A DNA stretch of 64,000 nucleotides. It comes from Geopsychrobacteraceae bacterium (GTDB lineage: Bacteria > Desulfobacterota > Desulfuromonadia > Desulfuromonadales > Geopsychrobacteraceae). This document shows, in pieces, positions 21,937 through 32,469 of the stretch (positions within the stretch are counted from its first letter, which is position 1; the number at the start of each line of letters is the position of its first letter). A program made the translations under genes and the position numbers. Under the pieces are notes generated by a model. The model did no database searches. It was not told the DNA's origin and was given only the letters and a program-made list of their open reading frames with translations. The DNA lies in assembly GCA_963676795.2 (NCBI GenBank), contig CAXXTB010000001.1, positions 640,001 through 704,000 on the forward strand, read 5' to 3'.

Positions 21937-24408
21937 ATGGTTAATCTGACGATTGACGGAAAACAGGTCACCACCAGCAAAACGTCGACAATTTACGAGG
22001 CAGCCAGGGATAACGGCATTCAAATTCCGGTGCTCTGCTATGCCAAGAAACTGTTCCCCTATGGAGCCTGCCGGATCTGCCTGGTCGAAGTCGAGCAGAT
22101 GAAGGGGCGTCTGATTCCGTCCTGCACCACGCCGGTCACCGAAGGGATGGTTATCACCACCATGTCGGACGAGATCCGCAAGGTGCGCAAGACGGTCCTT
22201 GAATTCCTGCTGGTCAACCATGTTCTCGATTGTCCGGTCTGCGACAAGGGGGGGGAATGCGACCTGCAGGATCTGGCCTATGAGTATGAGGTCACCGGCA
22301 ACCGCTTTGAAGGCGAAAAGTTCGACCTGCCGACCGATGAGGAGAACCCGCTGATCGAACGCAACATGAACCGCTGCGTTCTCTGTGGCAAATGTGTCCG
22401 GGTCTGTGACGAGGTTGTCGGTTTCGGCGCCTATTCCTTCATCAATCGTGGCTTTGAAACCAAGATCGCAACCTCCTTCGACCGCGGACTGAACTGCGAA
22501 TTCTGCGGCCAGTGTATCTCCATGTGTCCGGTCGGTGCTCTGCTGCCCAAGCCTTTCAAGTTCAAGGCGCGCCCCTGGCAGTTGACCGAGGTCGACTCGG
22601 TCTGCGGTTACTGCGGCAACGGCTGCACCCTGACCATGGGCATCAAGGACAACGAGGTCGAGACGATCCGATTCAACGACAAGACCGGTGTCAACGACGG
22701 CAACCTCTGTATCCGCGGGCGTTTCGGTTACTCCTACGTGAACAGCAAAGAGCGGCTGACCAAGCCGTTGCTGCGCAAGAACGACGAATTCAGGGAAATC
22801 AGCTGGAACGAAGCCTTCGCTCTGCTCGTTAGCAAGCTGAAAGAGGCTGGCAGCAAGGCCGGGATCATCAGTGGCGCACGCCTGACCAACGAAGAACTGC
22901 TGCTGGTCAAGACGTTGACCCGCGCTGTCGGCACCGGCAACCTCGATCACTCCGGCGGCGAATGCTACAAGGGGGTCAGCGAGGGGCTGTTTGAGACGCT
23001 TGGCATCAGGGCTTCGACCGCAACCTTCCCGCAGGTCGAAAACTGTAACGCGATTCTGGCCATCCGTTCCGATTTCTACGAGACCCACCCGGTCTTCGGT
23101 ATGGTGGTTAACCAGGCGATCCGCCGTAACGAGGCGAAGCTGACGGTCATTGCCGACAAGAACGGCAAGCTGGGCCGCCTGCCTCAGGCGCGGACCTTGC
23201 TGCATAAGCCGGGGCTGGAGCTGAATGTCCTCAATGCGCTCTGTCATGTGCTTATTGAAGAAGGGCTGACCAAGACCGAAGGTGTTGATGGTCTGGCTGA
23301 GCTGAAGACCGCTCTGGCCGGTTACAGCCCAGAGGCGGTTGCTGAGAGCTGTGGCGTGGATGCCCAGGCGCTGAAGGAAACGGCGCGGGAATTTGCCGCC
23401 GCTGAAAACGCTGCGGTGCTGCTCGCCTATGGCCTGCCCTACACCGCTTACAGTAAAGAACTGGCGATTGCCGCGGCCAACCTGGCATTGCTGCTCGGGC
23501 TGCCGGGGCGCGAAGGATCGGGACTCTACCTCTGTGGCGAAAAAGCCAACAGCCAGGGAGCGATCGATCTCGGCATCCTGCCGGACAAAGACGGTCTGGG
23601 TGTCGTGCCGATGCTCAAGTCCGCAGCTGCCGGAAAACTCGATCTGCTCTATCTGATCGGTGAAGACCCGCTGGTTTCCTATCCAGATCGTGATCTGGTC
23701 GCAGCAGCATTGGTCAAGCCGTTTGTCGTCGTCCAGGATCTGTTCATGAGTGCAACGGCTCAGCATGCTGACCTGGTTCTGCCGGCAGCATCCTTTGCCG
23801 AGAAGGATGGAACCTTCACCAACGCCGAACGGCGGATTCAGCGCTTGCGGCCGGGGATCAAGTCTCCGGGTGAGGCCCAGACCGATTTCGCCATTCTGCG
23901 CCAGTTACTCGATCTGCTCGGTCATGTCGCTCCGGCGACCGTGGCGAGCGCTTTTGCTGAACTGGGACGTGAGGTTTCAGCCTACGCCGGAATCGAGTTG
24001 GCCCAGGTCGGTGCCCAGGGGTATGTCTGGGGCGGTGAGACGCTTGCCCCGCAGAAGCGCCAACTGGTCCCTGTCGCTGGCGGACAAGCCCTCGATGTTC
24101 CCTACCAGCTGCTGGTCGGCAGTGCCCTCTACCACAGTGGAACCGTTTCGGTGCATGCCCGCGGACCACAGGCGGTTGTCCCCGAGGCCTACATCGAGGT
24201 TTGTCGTGAAGACGCCAAAGCCCTGGCGCTTGGAGATGGCGACCGGATCAGGTTGACGGCACAGGAGGGGGCGATTGAAGCTGTGGTCAAGATCGACCGG
24301 CGCCTGCCGCAGGGAGTGCTGTTTGCACCGTACCATTTTGCCGAACTCGGCCTCAACCGGATCTACCAGGGGCAGCCAGCTATTGCTGTGACCCCGACCA
24401 AGGTTTGA
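21937..24408 (+). CDS. nuoG: NADH-quinone oxidoreductase subunit G
   Basis: GACRICLVE, HVLDCPVCDKGGECDLQ, RCVLCGKCVRVC, CEFCGQCISMCP and CGYCGNGC; molybdopterin-oxidoreductase-like C-terminus. Confidence 0.95.
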   Translation: MVNLTIDGKQVTTSKTSTIYEAARDNGIQIPVLCYAKKLFPYGACRICLVEVEQMKGRLIPSCTTPVTEGMVITTMSDEIRKVRKTVLEFLLVNHVLDCPVCDKGGECDLQDLAYEYEVTGNRFEGEKFDLPTDEENPLIERNMNRCVLCGKCVRVCDEVVGFGAYSFINRGFETKIATSFDRGLNCEFCGQCISMCPVGALLPKPFKFKARPWQLTEVDSVCGYCGNGCTLTMGIKDNEVETIRFNDKTGVNDGNLCIRGRFGYSYVNSKERLTKPLLRKNDEFREISWNEAFALLVSKLKEAGSKAGIISGARLTNEELLLVKTLTRAVGTGNLDHSGGECYKGVSEGLFETLGIRASTATFPQVENCNAILAIRSDFYETHPVFGMVVNQAIRRNEAKLTVIADKNGKLGRLPQARTLLHKPGLELNVLNALCHVLIEEGLTKTEGVDGLAELKTALAGYSPEAVAESCGVDAQALKETAREFAAAENAAVLLAYGLPYTAYSKELAIAAANLALLLGLPGREGSGLYLCGEKANSQGAIDLGILPDKDGLGVVPMLKSAAAGKLDLLYLIGEDPLVSYPDRDLVAAALVKPFVVVQDLFMSATAQHADLVLPAASFAEKDGTFTNAERRIQRLRPGIKSPGEAQTDFAILRQLLDLLGHVAPATVASAFAELGREVSAYAGIELAQVGAQGYVWGGETLAPQKRQLVPVAGGQALDVPYQLLVGSALYHSGTVSVHARGPQAVVPEAYIEVCREDAKALALGDGDRIRLTAQEGAIEAVVKIDRRLPQGVLFAPYHFAELGLNRIYQGQPAIAVTPTKV

Positions 24409-24487
24409 TGCTGATTTTATAACCTGTATCGCTTGGCCGAATGATCAGCCAGGCATTCGTACCATAGACTTAAGTAGAAGGAAGAGG

Positions 24488-25561
24488 ATGGTCATGACGC
24501 CAGAGGTTCTGACTCTCTCAAACACCCCGTTTTTGTTTCTGATTGCCATGCTGGTCAAGATTGGCGTGGCCTTCGGGGTGATGTTATTCATGGTCGCCTA
24601 TGCGACCTATGCCGAGCGTAAGATTATCGGTGCCATGCAGACCCGGATGGGGCCGACTATGACCGGTCCGATGGGCTTGCTGCAGCCGATTGCCGACGGG
24701 CTCAAGCTGTTCTTCAAGGAGGACATCATACCGGCCCAGGCGCATCAGGGTGCCTTTGTGCTGGCGCCGATGATGATCCTTGCCCCGGCCTTTGTCGCGA
24801 TCTGTGTCATCCCCTTTGGTGCCGACTTCCATTTCACCTGGGACGGTGTCCTGTACAGCGTGCCACTGCAGATCACCGATATGAATATCGGCATTCTGTT
24901 CATTCTGGCGATGGCCGGGCTGGGCGTCTACGGCATTGTTCTCGCCGGTCTGGCTTCGAACAGCAAATACTCGCTGCTCGGCGGCATCCGTTCCTCGGCC
25001 CAGATGATCTCCTACGAGCTGGCTGCCGGGCTGTCGATTATCGCCGTCTTCATGCTCTCCGAGACCTTAAGCATGCGCGGGATCGTCCTCGCTCAGCAGG
25101 GGCCGCTGTGGGGGATCGAAGCGCTGCGCTGGATACCGGACTGGTATATCTTCACCCAGCCGCTGGCCTTCTGTCTGTTCGTCGTCGGCTCTATGGCCGA
25201 GGTCAACCGGACCCCCTTCGACCTGCCGGAAGCGGAAACCGAACTGGTCTCAGGGTTCTGTACCGAATATTCATCGATGAAGTACGCCCTGTTCTTCATG
25301 GCCGAATACGCCAATATGATCACCGTATCGGCCATCGGCACCACCCTGTTCCTCGGTGGCTGGGGCGGACCCTTCTGGGGCTGGCTCAACTTCCTGATCA
25401 AGATCTGCGCCTTCATGTTCTTCTTCATCTGGATTCGCGCAACCTTCCCGCGTTTGCGTTACGATCAGCTGATGTTCATCGGCTGGAAGGTCATGCTGCC
25501 GCTGGCGCTGGCAAATATTGTCATTACCGGTTTTGCGGTTCTGCTCTGGCAGTCATTTTAG
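24488..25561 (+). CDS. nuoH: NADH-quinone oxidoreductase subunit H
   Basis: GLLQPIADGLKLFFKED and NRTPFDLPEAETELVSG. Confidence 0.97.
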   Translation: MVMTPEVLTLSNTPFLFLIAMLVKIGVAFGVMLFMVAYATYAERKIIGAMQTRMGPTMTGPMGLLQPIADGLKLFFKEDIIPAQAHQGAFVLAPMMILAPAFVAICVIPFGADFHFTWDGVLYSVPLQITDMNIGILFILAMAGLGVYGIVLAGLASNSKYSLLGGIRSSAQMISYELAAGLSIIAVFMLSETLSMRGIVLAQQGPLWGIEALRWIPDWYIFTQPLAFCLFVVGSMAEVNRTPFDLPEAETELVSGFCTEYSSMKYALFFMAEYANMITVSAIGTTLFLGGWGGPFWGWLNFLIKICAFMFFFIWIRATFPRLRYDQLMFIGWKVMLPLALANIVITGFAVLLWQSF

Positions 25562-25580
25562 AATTGCGTAGAGGATAGCT

Positions 25581-25976
25581 ATGTTTAAAGAGTTTGCCAA
25601 AGGCCTGAGTATTACCCTCAAGCATCTGCTCCCGGGGCACAGAACCACGGTCCAGTACCCGAAACAGAAACTGGAACCGGCACCACGCTTCCGTGGTCTG
25701 CATCGCCTGGTGCCGACCCAGGATCGTGAGAAGTGTGTCGCCTGCTATCTCTGCCCGACGGTCTGTCCGGCCAAGTGCATTACTGTCGAAGCGGCCGAGA
25801 ACGAAAAAGGGGAGAAGTATCCGAAGGTCTACGAGATCGACCTGCTGCGCTGCATCTTCTGCGGCTACTGTGTCGAGGCCTGCCCGGTTGAAGCGATAGA
25901 AATGACCGGTGAGTACGAACTGGCCAATTACAAGCGGGAAGATTTCATCTTCGATAAAAAACGTCTGCTCAAGTAA
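25581..25976 (+). CDS. nuoI: NADH-quinone oxidoreductase subunit I
   Basis: CVACYLCPTVCP and CIFCGYCVEACP. Confidence 0.97.
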   Translation: MFKEFAKGLSITLKHLLPGHRTTVQYPKQKLEPAPRFRGLHRLVPTQDREKCVACYLCPTVCPAKCITVEAAENEKGEKYPKVYEIDLLRCIFCGYCVEACPVEAIEMTGEYELANYKREDFIFDKKRLLK

Positions 25977-25994
25977 GAGGGAGCCTGGGTATTC

Positions 25995-26498
25995 ATGGAA
26001 CTAATCATCTTTTATCTGACAGCGGCGGTGGCTATCGTTTCGGCGTTCTTCGTCGTTAAGAGCCGCAACCCTGTAAACAGCGCATTGAACCTGGTGACGA
26101 CCTTCATCTGTCTGGCAGTCCTTTACGTTATGCTCGAAGCACCATTTATGGCGGCGATCCAGATCATGGTTTATGCCGGTGCGATCATGGTTCTGATCAT
26201 CTTCGTCATCATGCTGCTCAACCTGGGGATTGCGACCAAGAGCCGCTATACCCACGCGCTGCCCATCGGAGGGATTCTAAGCGTGCTGATGCTGCTGGTC
26301 GCTGGTTATTTTGTCCGTCATGGTGAAGCGACCGCAACCGGCGGGGAGATCACCAGCGAGGTGATTAACAGTATCGGTCACACCGAGCTGATCGGCCGGG
26401 CGATGTTTGTCGACTTCCTGCTGCCGTTTGAGATTGCCTCGATCCTGCTGCTGGTCGCGATCATCGGTGCCGTCGTGCTGTCGAAGCGTAAAGTTTAA
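25995..26498 (+). CDS. nuoJ: NADH-quinone oxidoreductase subunit J
   Basis: [12 protein letters not shown] and [16 protein letters not shown]. Confidence 0.96.
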   Translation: MELIIFYLTAAVAIVSAFFVVKSRNPVNSALNLVTTFICLAVLYVMLEAPFMAAIQIMVYAGAIMVLIIFVIMLLNLGIATKSRYTHALPIGGILSVLMLLVAGYFVRHGEATATGGEITSEVINSIGHTELIGRAMFVDFLLPFEIASILLLVAIIGAVVLSKRKV

Positions 26499-26521
26499 GC
26501 GAGTTATCCGGGAGATTATCC

Positions 26522-26824
26522 ATGGTTACTGTCAATCATTACCTGATTTTAAGCGCGATCCTCTTCGCCATCGGCACCTTCGGGGTGCTGACCCGCAAGA
26601 ATGCCATCGTCGTGTTCATGTGCATCGAGGTCATGCTCAATTCGGTCAATCTGACCTTTGTCGCCCTGTCGCGCCATGTCGGCAATATGGACGGGCAGAT
26701 CTTCGTCTTTTTTGTCATGACCGTCGCTGCGGCTGAAGCTGCTGTCGGTCTGGCGCTGATGATCGCCTTCTTCCGCAACCGCGAGTCGGTCGACGTCGAT
26801 GATTTCAGGATGCTCAAGTGGTAG
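26522..26824 (+). CDS. nuoK: NADH-quinone oxidoreductase subunit K
   Basis: MCIEVMLN and [11 protein letters not shown]. Confidence 0.97.
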   Translation: MVTVNHYLILSAILFAIGTFGVLTRKNAIVVFMCIEVMLNSVNLTFVALSRHVGNMDGQIFVFFVMTVAAAEAAVGLALMIAFFRNRESVDVDDFRMLKW

Positions 26825-26863
26825 TCGTGCCGCTTTTTGGTTTGAAGTTTATAGGAGAATTTG

Positions 26864-28828
26864 ATGTACAGTAATCTGTGGCTCATCCCATTCTTCCCTC
26901 TGGTCGGGGCGATTATCAACGGTCTGATGGGTAAAAAGATCCGCAATGAAAAGATCATCGGCGGATTCGGAACCCTGCTGATGTTCCTCTCCTTCCTGGT
27001 GGCGGTGCAGAACTTTGTGCACCTGCTCAGCGACAGCGAGAAGGTCCATCAACTGGTCATTGCCAAGTGGATTACGGTAGGGCAGCTGAATATCAACTGG
27101 GAATTCCTGCTCGATCCGTTGTCAGCGGTGATGATCATGGTCGTTACCGGTGTCGGCACCCTGATCCATCTCTACTCGATCGGCTACATGCACGGTGAGG
27201 TCGGTTTTTACCGTTTCTTTTCATACATGAACCTGTTCGCCTTTTCGATGCTGATGCTGGTTTTAGGAGGCAACGCCCTGGTCATGTTCATCGGCTGGGA
27301 AGGGGTCGGTCTCTGCTCCTATCTGCTGATCGGCTATTATTTTGAAAAGAAGAGTGCCGGCGATGCGGCCAAGAAGGCCTTTGTCGTTAACCGGATCGGC
27401 GACTTCGGTTTCCTCTGTGGTCTGCTGACCCTGTTCTGGAGCCTCGGTAGCAAGGGGGTGTGGACCCTCAATTTTGTCGAGATTGCGAATAGCGTTCACC
27501 TGCTTGAAGCGGGTGGCGTGATTGTCACCATCGTGACCCTCTGTTTCTTCCTCGGTGCAACCGGTAAGTCGGCCCAGATTCCGCTGTTTACCTGGCTGCC
27601 CGACGCGATGGAGGGTCCGACCCCGGTTTCGGCCCTGATCCACGCGGCGACCATGGTTACCGCCGGTGTCTACATGATCGGACGGATGAACGGTCTGTTC
27701 GCCATGGCCCCGGCGACGATGATGACCATTGCCATCATCGGTGCCCTGACAGCGTTCTTTGCCGCGACCATCGGTCTGGCTCAGAACGACATCAAGCGGG
27801 TGCTGGCCTATTCGACCGTCTCTCAGCTCGGTTACATGTTTCTGGCCATGGGGGTCGGTGCCTTCTCGGCCGGTGTCTTCCACCTGATGACTCACGCCTT
27901 CTTCAAGGCCTGTCTGTTTCTCGGCTCAGGTTCGGTTATCCACGGCATGCATCACGCCTATCATCATGCCCACCTGCATGACGATCCGCAGGACATGCGT
28001 AACATGGGCGGCCTGCGCAAGAAGATGCCGATCACCTTTATCACTTTCCTAGTGTCGACCATCGCCATTGCCGGCGTCCCGCTCTTCTCCGGTTTCTTCT
28101 CCAAGGACGAGATCCTCTGGTGGGCCTTCGGCTCGACCCGTGGCCATTGGTTGCTCTGGGTGCTTGGTGCCGCTGCTGCCGGGATGACCGCATTCTATAT
28201 GTTCCGGCTGGTCTTCATGACCTTCTTCGGCGAGCAGAAGACTCATCCGAAAGCCAAGGATCATATCCCCGAGTCTCCGGCGACCATTACCATTCCGCTG
28301 ATCGTCCTCGGTTTTCTCGCTCTGGTCGGCGGCTATATCGGTGTGCCGAAATTGCTCGGCGGCATGAACCGTTTCGAGCACTTCCTCGCACCGGTCTTTG
28401 AGCACAACCAGGAGCTGCATCACATTGCCGCCCATGGTGCCCATTCGACCGAATGGACCCTGATGATCGTTTCGGTCGTCATCGCTTTTATCGGCATCTT
28501 CGGTGCCTGGTTCATGTATATGAAAAATCCCGAGCTGCCGGCCCGCTTTACGGCCAGATTCGCCTTTGCCTACCGGGTTATCTTCAACAAGTGGTACATC
28601 GATGAACTCTACGACTTCGTCTTTGTCAACCCGTGCAAGAAGATCGGTACCTTCCTCTGGCGTGCCATCGATGTCTGGATTGTCGACGGCGTCGTCAACG
28701 GGATCGCCTGGCTGGTCAAGGGGATTGGCAACGGGTTGCGCTATACCCAGTCCGGCTATCTGTACAATTACGCTGTGGTGATGGTGATCGGTGTCATCGT
28801 CATCGTCGGCTTCTATGTTTTTGATTAA
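26864..28828 (+). CDS. nuoL: NADH-quinone oxidoreductase subunit L
   Basis: GKSAQIPLFTWLPDAMEGPTPVSALIHAATM. Confidence 0.97.
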   Translation: MYSNLWLIPFFPLVGAIINGLMGKKIRNEKIIGGFGTLLMFLSFLVAVQNFVHLLSDSEKVHQLVIAKWITVGQLNINWEFLLDPLSAVMIMVVTGVGTLIHLYSIGYMHGEVGFYRFFSYMNLFAFSMLMLVLGGNALVMFIGWEGVGLCSYLLIGYYFEKKSAGDAAKKAFVVNRIGDFGFLCGLLTLFWSLGSKGVWTLNFVEIANSVHLLEAGGVIVTIVTLCFFLGATGKSAQIPLFTWLPDAMEGPTPVSALIHAATMVTAGVYMIGRMNGLFAMAPATMMTIAIIGALTAFFAATIGLAQNDIKRVLAYSTVSQLGYMFLAMGVGAFSAGVFHLMTHAFFKACLFLGSGSVIHGMHHAYHHAHLHDDPQDMRNMGGLRKKMPITFITFLVSTIAIAGVPLFSGFFSKDEILWWAFGSTRGHWLLWVLGAAAAGMTAFYMFRLVFMTFFGEQKTHPKAKDHIPESPATITIPLIVLGFLALVGGYIGVPKLLGGMNRFEHFLAPVFEHNQELHHIAAHGAHSTEWTLMIVSVVIAFIGIFGAWFMYMKNPELPARFTARFAFAYRVIFNKWYIDELYDFVFVNPCKKIGTFLWRAIDVWIVDGVVNGIAWLVKGIGNGLRYTQSGYLYNYAVVMVIGVIVIVGFYVFD

Positions 28829-28872
28829 TGTTCGCCAGGTAATGCGATAGAGCTTTTAAGGAGCGATTCCAC

Positions 28873-30459
28873 ATGGCTGAAAATCTGTTAACCATCATGA
28901 CCTTCCTTCCTCTTGTCGGGATGCTGTTGCTGCTCTTGATCCCGAAGACGAATGAAGGGCTGCTCAAAGGGTTTACTCTGGCGTTCACCCTGGTCACCTT
29001 TGTCGTCAGTCTGCCACTGGCCTTCAACGATGTCTTTACGACCTCCGGCGACATGCACTACCGCCAGTTTGTCGAGTGGATCAACGTCGGTGATTTCTTC
29101 CAGATGAACTATAACGTCGGTGTCGACGGCATCAGCCTGTGGCTGGTCATGCTGACCACCTTCATCATGCCGATCGCCGTGCTTTCGACCTGGAATGCCA
29201 TCGACAAGAACACCAAGGGGTTCATGGCGATGCTGCTGCTCCTGGAAACCGGGATGCTCGGTGCCTTCGTCTCACTGGATCTGTTCCTGTTCTACATCTT
29301 CTGGGAACTGATGCTGATTCCGATGTACTTCCTGATCGGCATCTGGGGCGGCAAGAACCGTATCTATGCGGCGGTCAAGTTCTTCATCTACACCGCGGTC
29401 GGTTCGTTGCTGATGCTGGTGGCGATCATCTTCCTTTATTACTACGCAGCGCAGAGCGGTGTCGTCCTGAACGGTTTTGACATTGCCGAGTTCTATAAGC
29501 TCGATCTGCCCTACAACGCCCAGTTCTGGCTGTTCCTCGCTTTCGGTTTCAGCTTTGCCATCAAGGTGCCGATGTTCCCGCTGCACACCTGGTTGCCGGA
29601 TGCCCATACCGAGGCACCGACCGCCGGTTCGGTCATTCTGGCCGCAGTGCTGCTGAAGATGGGCACCTACGGCTACGTGCGTTTCGCCATGCCGCTCTTC
29701 CCTGAAGCTCTGCCGACCTTCATCCCCTGGCTGTCACTCTTGGCGGTCATCGGCATCATCTACGGTTCACTGGTGGCGATGATGCAGGAGGATGTCAAAA
29801 AGCTGGTCGCTTACTCATCGGTCGCTCACCTGGGCTTTGTCATGCTCGGTGTCTTTGCCCTCAACCTGCAGGGCTTAGCCGGCGGCATGATCCAGATGAT
29901 CAATCACGGTATTTCGACCGGTGCGCTGTTCCTTATCGTCGGTTTCATCTACGAGCGGCGTCATACCCGCCTGATCACCGAATTCGGCGGTCTGGCTCAC
30001 AAGATGCCGATCTTCGCCACCATCTTCATGATCGTTACCTTCTCGTCGATCGGACTGCCGGGCACCAACGGTTTTGTCGGCGAGTTCCTGGCCCTGATGG
30101 GTGCGTTCCAGGGGGGGCTGCGTTGGTACGCAGTGTTTGCGACGACCGGTGTCATTCTTGCCGCCGTCTACATGCTGTGGATGTACCAGCGGGTTATGCT
30201 CGGCAAGATCACCAATCCGGCCAACGAAAACCTCAAGGATCTTTCGGCCCGCGAGATTATCCTGATGCTGCCGCTGCTGCTCTTCGTCTTCTGGATCGGT
30301 CTCTACCCGAACACTTTCTTCGATAAGATGAATCCGGCCATGGAGAAGGTTCTGGCCCAGATGGGAGCACCGCATCAGGTTGTTGAGATTCAGCAACCGA
30401 TGGCACCAGCCCATGCTTCTGCGCATGGAGAGCATGCACCGGCCGAAGGCCATCACTGA
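28873..30459 (+). CDS. nuoM: NADH-quinone oxidoreductase subunit M
   Basis: KVPMFPLHTWLPDAHTEAPTAGS. Confidence 0.97.
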   Translation: MAENLLTIMTFLPLVGMLLLLLIPKTNEGLLKGFTLAFTLVTFVVSLPLAFNDVFTTSGDMHYRQFVEWINVGDFFQMNYNVGVDGISLWLVMLTTFIMPIAVLSTWNAIDKNTKGFMAMLLLLETGMLGAFVSLDLFLFYIFWELMLIPMYFLIGIWGGKNRIYAAVKFFIYTAVGSLLMLVAIIFLYYYAAQSGVVLNGFDIAEFYKLDLPYNAQFWLFLAFGFSFAIKVPMFPLHTWLPDAHTEAPTAGSVILAAVLLKMGTYGYVRFAMPLFPEALPTFIPWLSLLAVIGIIYGSLVAMMQEDVKKLVAYSSVAHLGFVMLGVFALNLQGLAGGMIQMINHGISTGALFLIVGFIYERRHTRLITEFGGLAHKMPIFATIFMIVTFSSIGLPGTNGFVGEFLALMGAFQGGLRWYAVFATTGVILAAVYMLWMYQRVMLGKITNPANENLKDLSAREIILMLPLLLFVFWIGLYPNTFFDKMNPAMEKVLAQMGAPHQVVEIQQPMAPAHASAHGEHAPAEGHH

Positions 30460-30494
30460 TTTTGTAATAACACTGGTTCTCTAGGAGCTGTTTG

Positions 30495-31955
30495 ATGGAA
30501 AATCTGGTTCAAGAAGCCATCCAGAATGTGAATCTGCAGGCGATCATGCCGTCGCTGGTTCTTTGTGTCTGTGCGATGGTCCTGCTGCTGATCGGCGTCT
30601 TCTCCAAACGCGGCAGTACCTCTCATGTGGCCTGGCTGAGTATCGCCGCCCTGATCATCACCGGCGCCGTGAGTCTGTGTGCGTGGAACAATCCGCAGGC
30701 CGGATTCGCCGGGGCCGTGCTGCTTGATAACTTTGCGACCTTCTTCAGCATGATCTGCCTGATTGCTGCGGGACTGACAATCCTGATGTCGGACAACTAC
30801 CTCAAACGTGAGGAGTTTCCGGTCAGCGAGTACTATCCGCTGATTTTGTTCACCACGGCGGGCGCCATGTGGATGGCCTCCGGCACCGATCTGATGACCA
30901 TCTTCCTTGGTCTTGAAGTACTGTCGGTGTCGCTTTATATCCTGGCGGGCTACTTCCGCGATCAGGTCAAGTCGAACGAGGCTGGACTGAAGTATTTCTT
31001 TCTCGGGGCTTTCTCAACCGGTTTTCTGCTCTACGGTGTTGCACTGCTCTACGGTGTGACCGGTACGACCAAGATCGACGGGATCGCGGCTTACATGCTT
31101 GCTCATCCGGCGCAGCTGCATAATCTGATGTTCATTGCCGGCGGGCTGTTGCTGCTGGTCGGCTTCCTGTTCAAGGTTGCCGCTGCTCCGTTCCACATGT
31201 GGACACCGGATGTCTACCAGGGCGCACCGACGCCGATTACTGCGTTCATGAGCGCAGGTCCGAAGGCCGCAGCCTTTGCCGCTTTTATCCGCATCACTAT
31301 TCTCGGTCTGGACGGGATGCACCTGGAGCTGGCCAACCTGTTCTGGGTACTGGCGGTGCTGACCATGATTGTCGGTAACTTCATCGCGCTCTGTCAGAAA
31401 GATCTCAAGCGCCTGCTCGCCTATTCGTCGATTGCCCATGCCGGCTACGCCCTGGTCGGTCTGGTCGCCTGGAATGAGGTCGGACTGTCGGCGATCCTCT
31501 TCTACATGATGGTTTACACCTTCATGAACATGGGGGCCTTTGCCGTACTGGTACTGGTCGGCAAGAAGGGGGAGGAGAACCTGACTCTTGACGGCATCGC
31601 CGGGCTCGGCTACAAGAAACCGGTCCTCGGGATTGCCCTCTGTATCTTCCTCTTCTCACTGATGGGGCTGCCACCGACTGCTGGTTTTACCGGCAAGTTC
31701 TTCATCTTTGCCGGTGCCATCAAGGCGGGCTATATCTGGCTGGCGGTGCTCGGAATCCTCAACTCTGCGGTGTCACTGTTCTACTACCTGAGAATCATGG
31801 TTCAGATGTACTTCCGCGATCCGCAGGAAGATTTCTCCTGGGTCTCGATCAATGTTCCGGTTGCGATCTCGATCGTTATCTCGGTGGTCGGGGTTCTCTA
31901 TCTGGGAATCATCCCAGGTTCGCTGATGCAGCTGGCAAAATTAGCCGGACTCTAG
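30495..31955 (+). CDS. nuoN: NADH-quinone oxidoreductase subunit N
   Basis: FKVAAAPFHMWTPDVYQGAP. Confidence 0.97.
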   Translation: MENLVQEAIQNVNLQAIMPSLVLCVCAMVLLLIGVFSKRGSTSHVAWLSIAALIITGAVSLCAWNNPQAGFAGAVLLDNFATFFSMICLIAAGLTILMSDNYLKREEFPVSEYYPLILFTTAGAMWMASGTDLMTIFLGLEVLSVSLYILAGYFRDQVKSNEAGLKYFFLGAFSTGFLLYGVALLYGVTGTTKIDGIAAYMLAHPAQLHNLMFIAGGLLLLVGFLFKVAAAPFHMWTPDVYQGAPTPITAFMSAGPKAAAFAAFIRITILGLDGMHLELANLFWVLAVLTMIVGNFIALCQKDLKRLLAYSSIAHAGYALVGLVAWNEVGLSAILFYMMVYTFMNMGAFAVLVLVGKKGEENLTLDGIAGLGYKKPVLGIALCIFLFSLMGLPPTAGFTGKFFIFAGAIKAGYIWLAVLGILNSAVSLFYYLRIMVQMYFRDPQEDFSWVSINVPVAISIVISVVGVLYLGIIPGSLMQLAKLAGL

Positions 31956-31978
31956 CACTGAGCAATGAAGTTGATTCT

Positions 31979-32005
31979 AAAGCCCGCCGATTCCGGCGGG
32001 CTTTT
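31979..32005 (+). terminator. Intrinsic terminator of the nuo operon
   Basis: AAAGCCCGCCG-attc-CGGCGGGCTTTT. Confidence 0.85.
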
Positions 32006-32028
32006 CTGTTTTATCTCCCATTGAAACA

Positions 32029-32440
32029 CCGCAGGTGTTTCTGCGGTTCTGCCCGTTAGCTGAGCGAAGCTCAACGTTGGGCGCGTTCCGTTTCGCTGGT
32101 GCGCGGCTACGAAAGAAACGCAGAAACTTTTCCGACATATAAAAAGGGCGTTTTTGCATACTTTTGACGCCCAGGTCAAAAGTATGGCGCAGTTTGGGGG
32201 CGCGACCCCAAGGTTTAGTTTGTTGTTGTGACAAAGTTTATAGAAACAAAACCGTCGGTTCTCGCACCGACAGGCGACATCCTTTTCTTTGAGCGCAATG
32301 AAAAGGATGCAAAAGAAACTTTTTCAAATCTGTCGAAAAGGGATGAGGATTTGCTGCGTAGGCTGGATGCGAGCTAAACGCCTTGCGCCCCACGATGAAC
32401 GAGTTCATCTAATGGGCAGAACCGGAAAGCCGCTGTGCGG
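32029..32440. repeat. ~410-bp degenerate palindromic intergenic element
   Basis: The left half is the diverged reverse complement of the right half, e.g. GGTTCTGCCCGTTAG (32045-32059) vs CTAATGGGCAGAACC (32409-32423). Local hairpins are mirrored in both halves. Confidence 0.75.
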
Positions 32441-32469
32441 CTTGGATGATATGAAACAAGCTAAACTGG

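Noticed and set aside
21613..23766. Long antisense ORFs (717 aa here; also 2097-3047, 19546-21009, 38459-40072, 42357-43601 and others)
   Set aside because: They shadow well-supported genes on the opposite strand, have no recognisable motifs, and are expected from GC-rich codon bias.
32100..32130. CGAAAG...ACGCAGAAA resembling a c-di-GMP-I (GEMM) riboswitch
   Set aside because: It lacks the GCAAA/CC P2 and downstream P3 features, lies between convergent genes, and is explained by the palindromic repeat.
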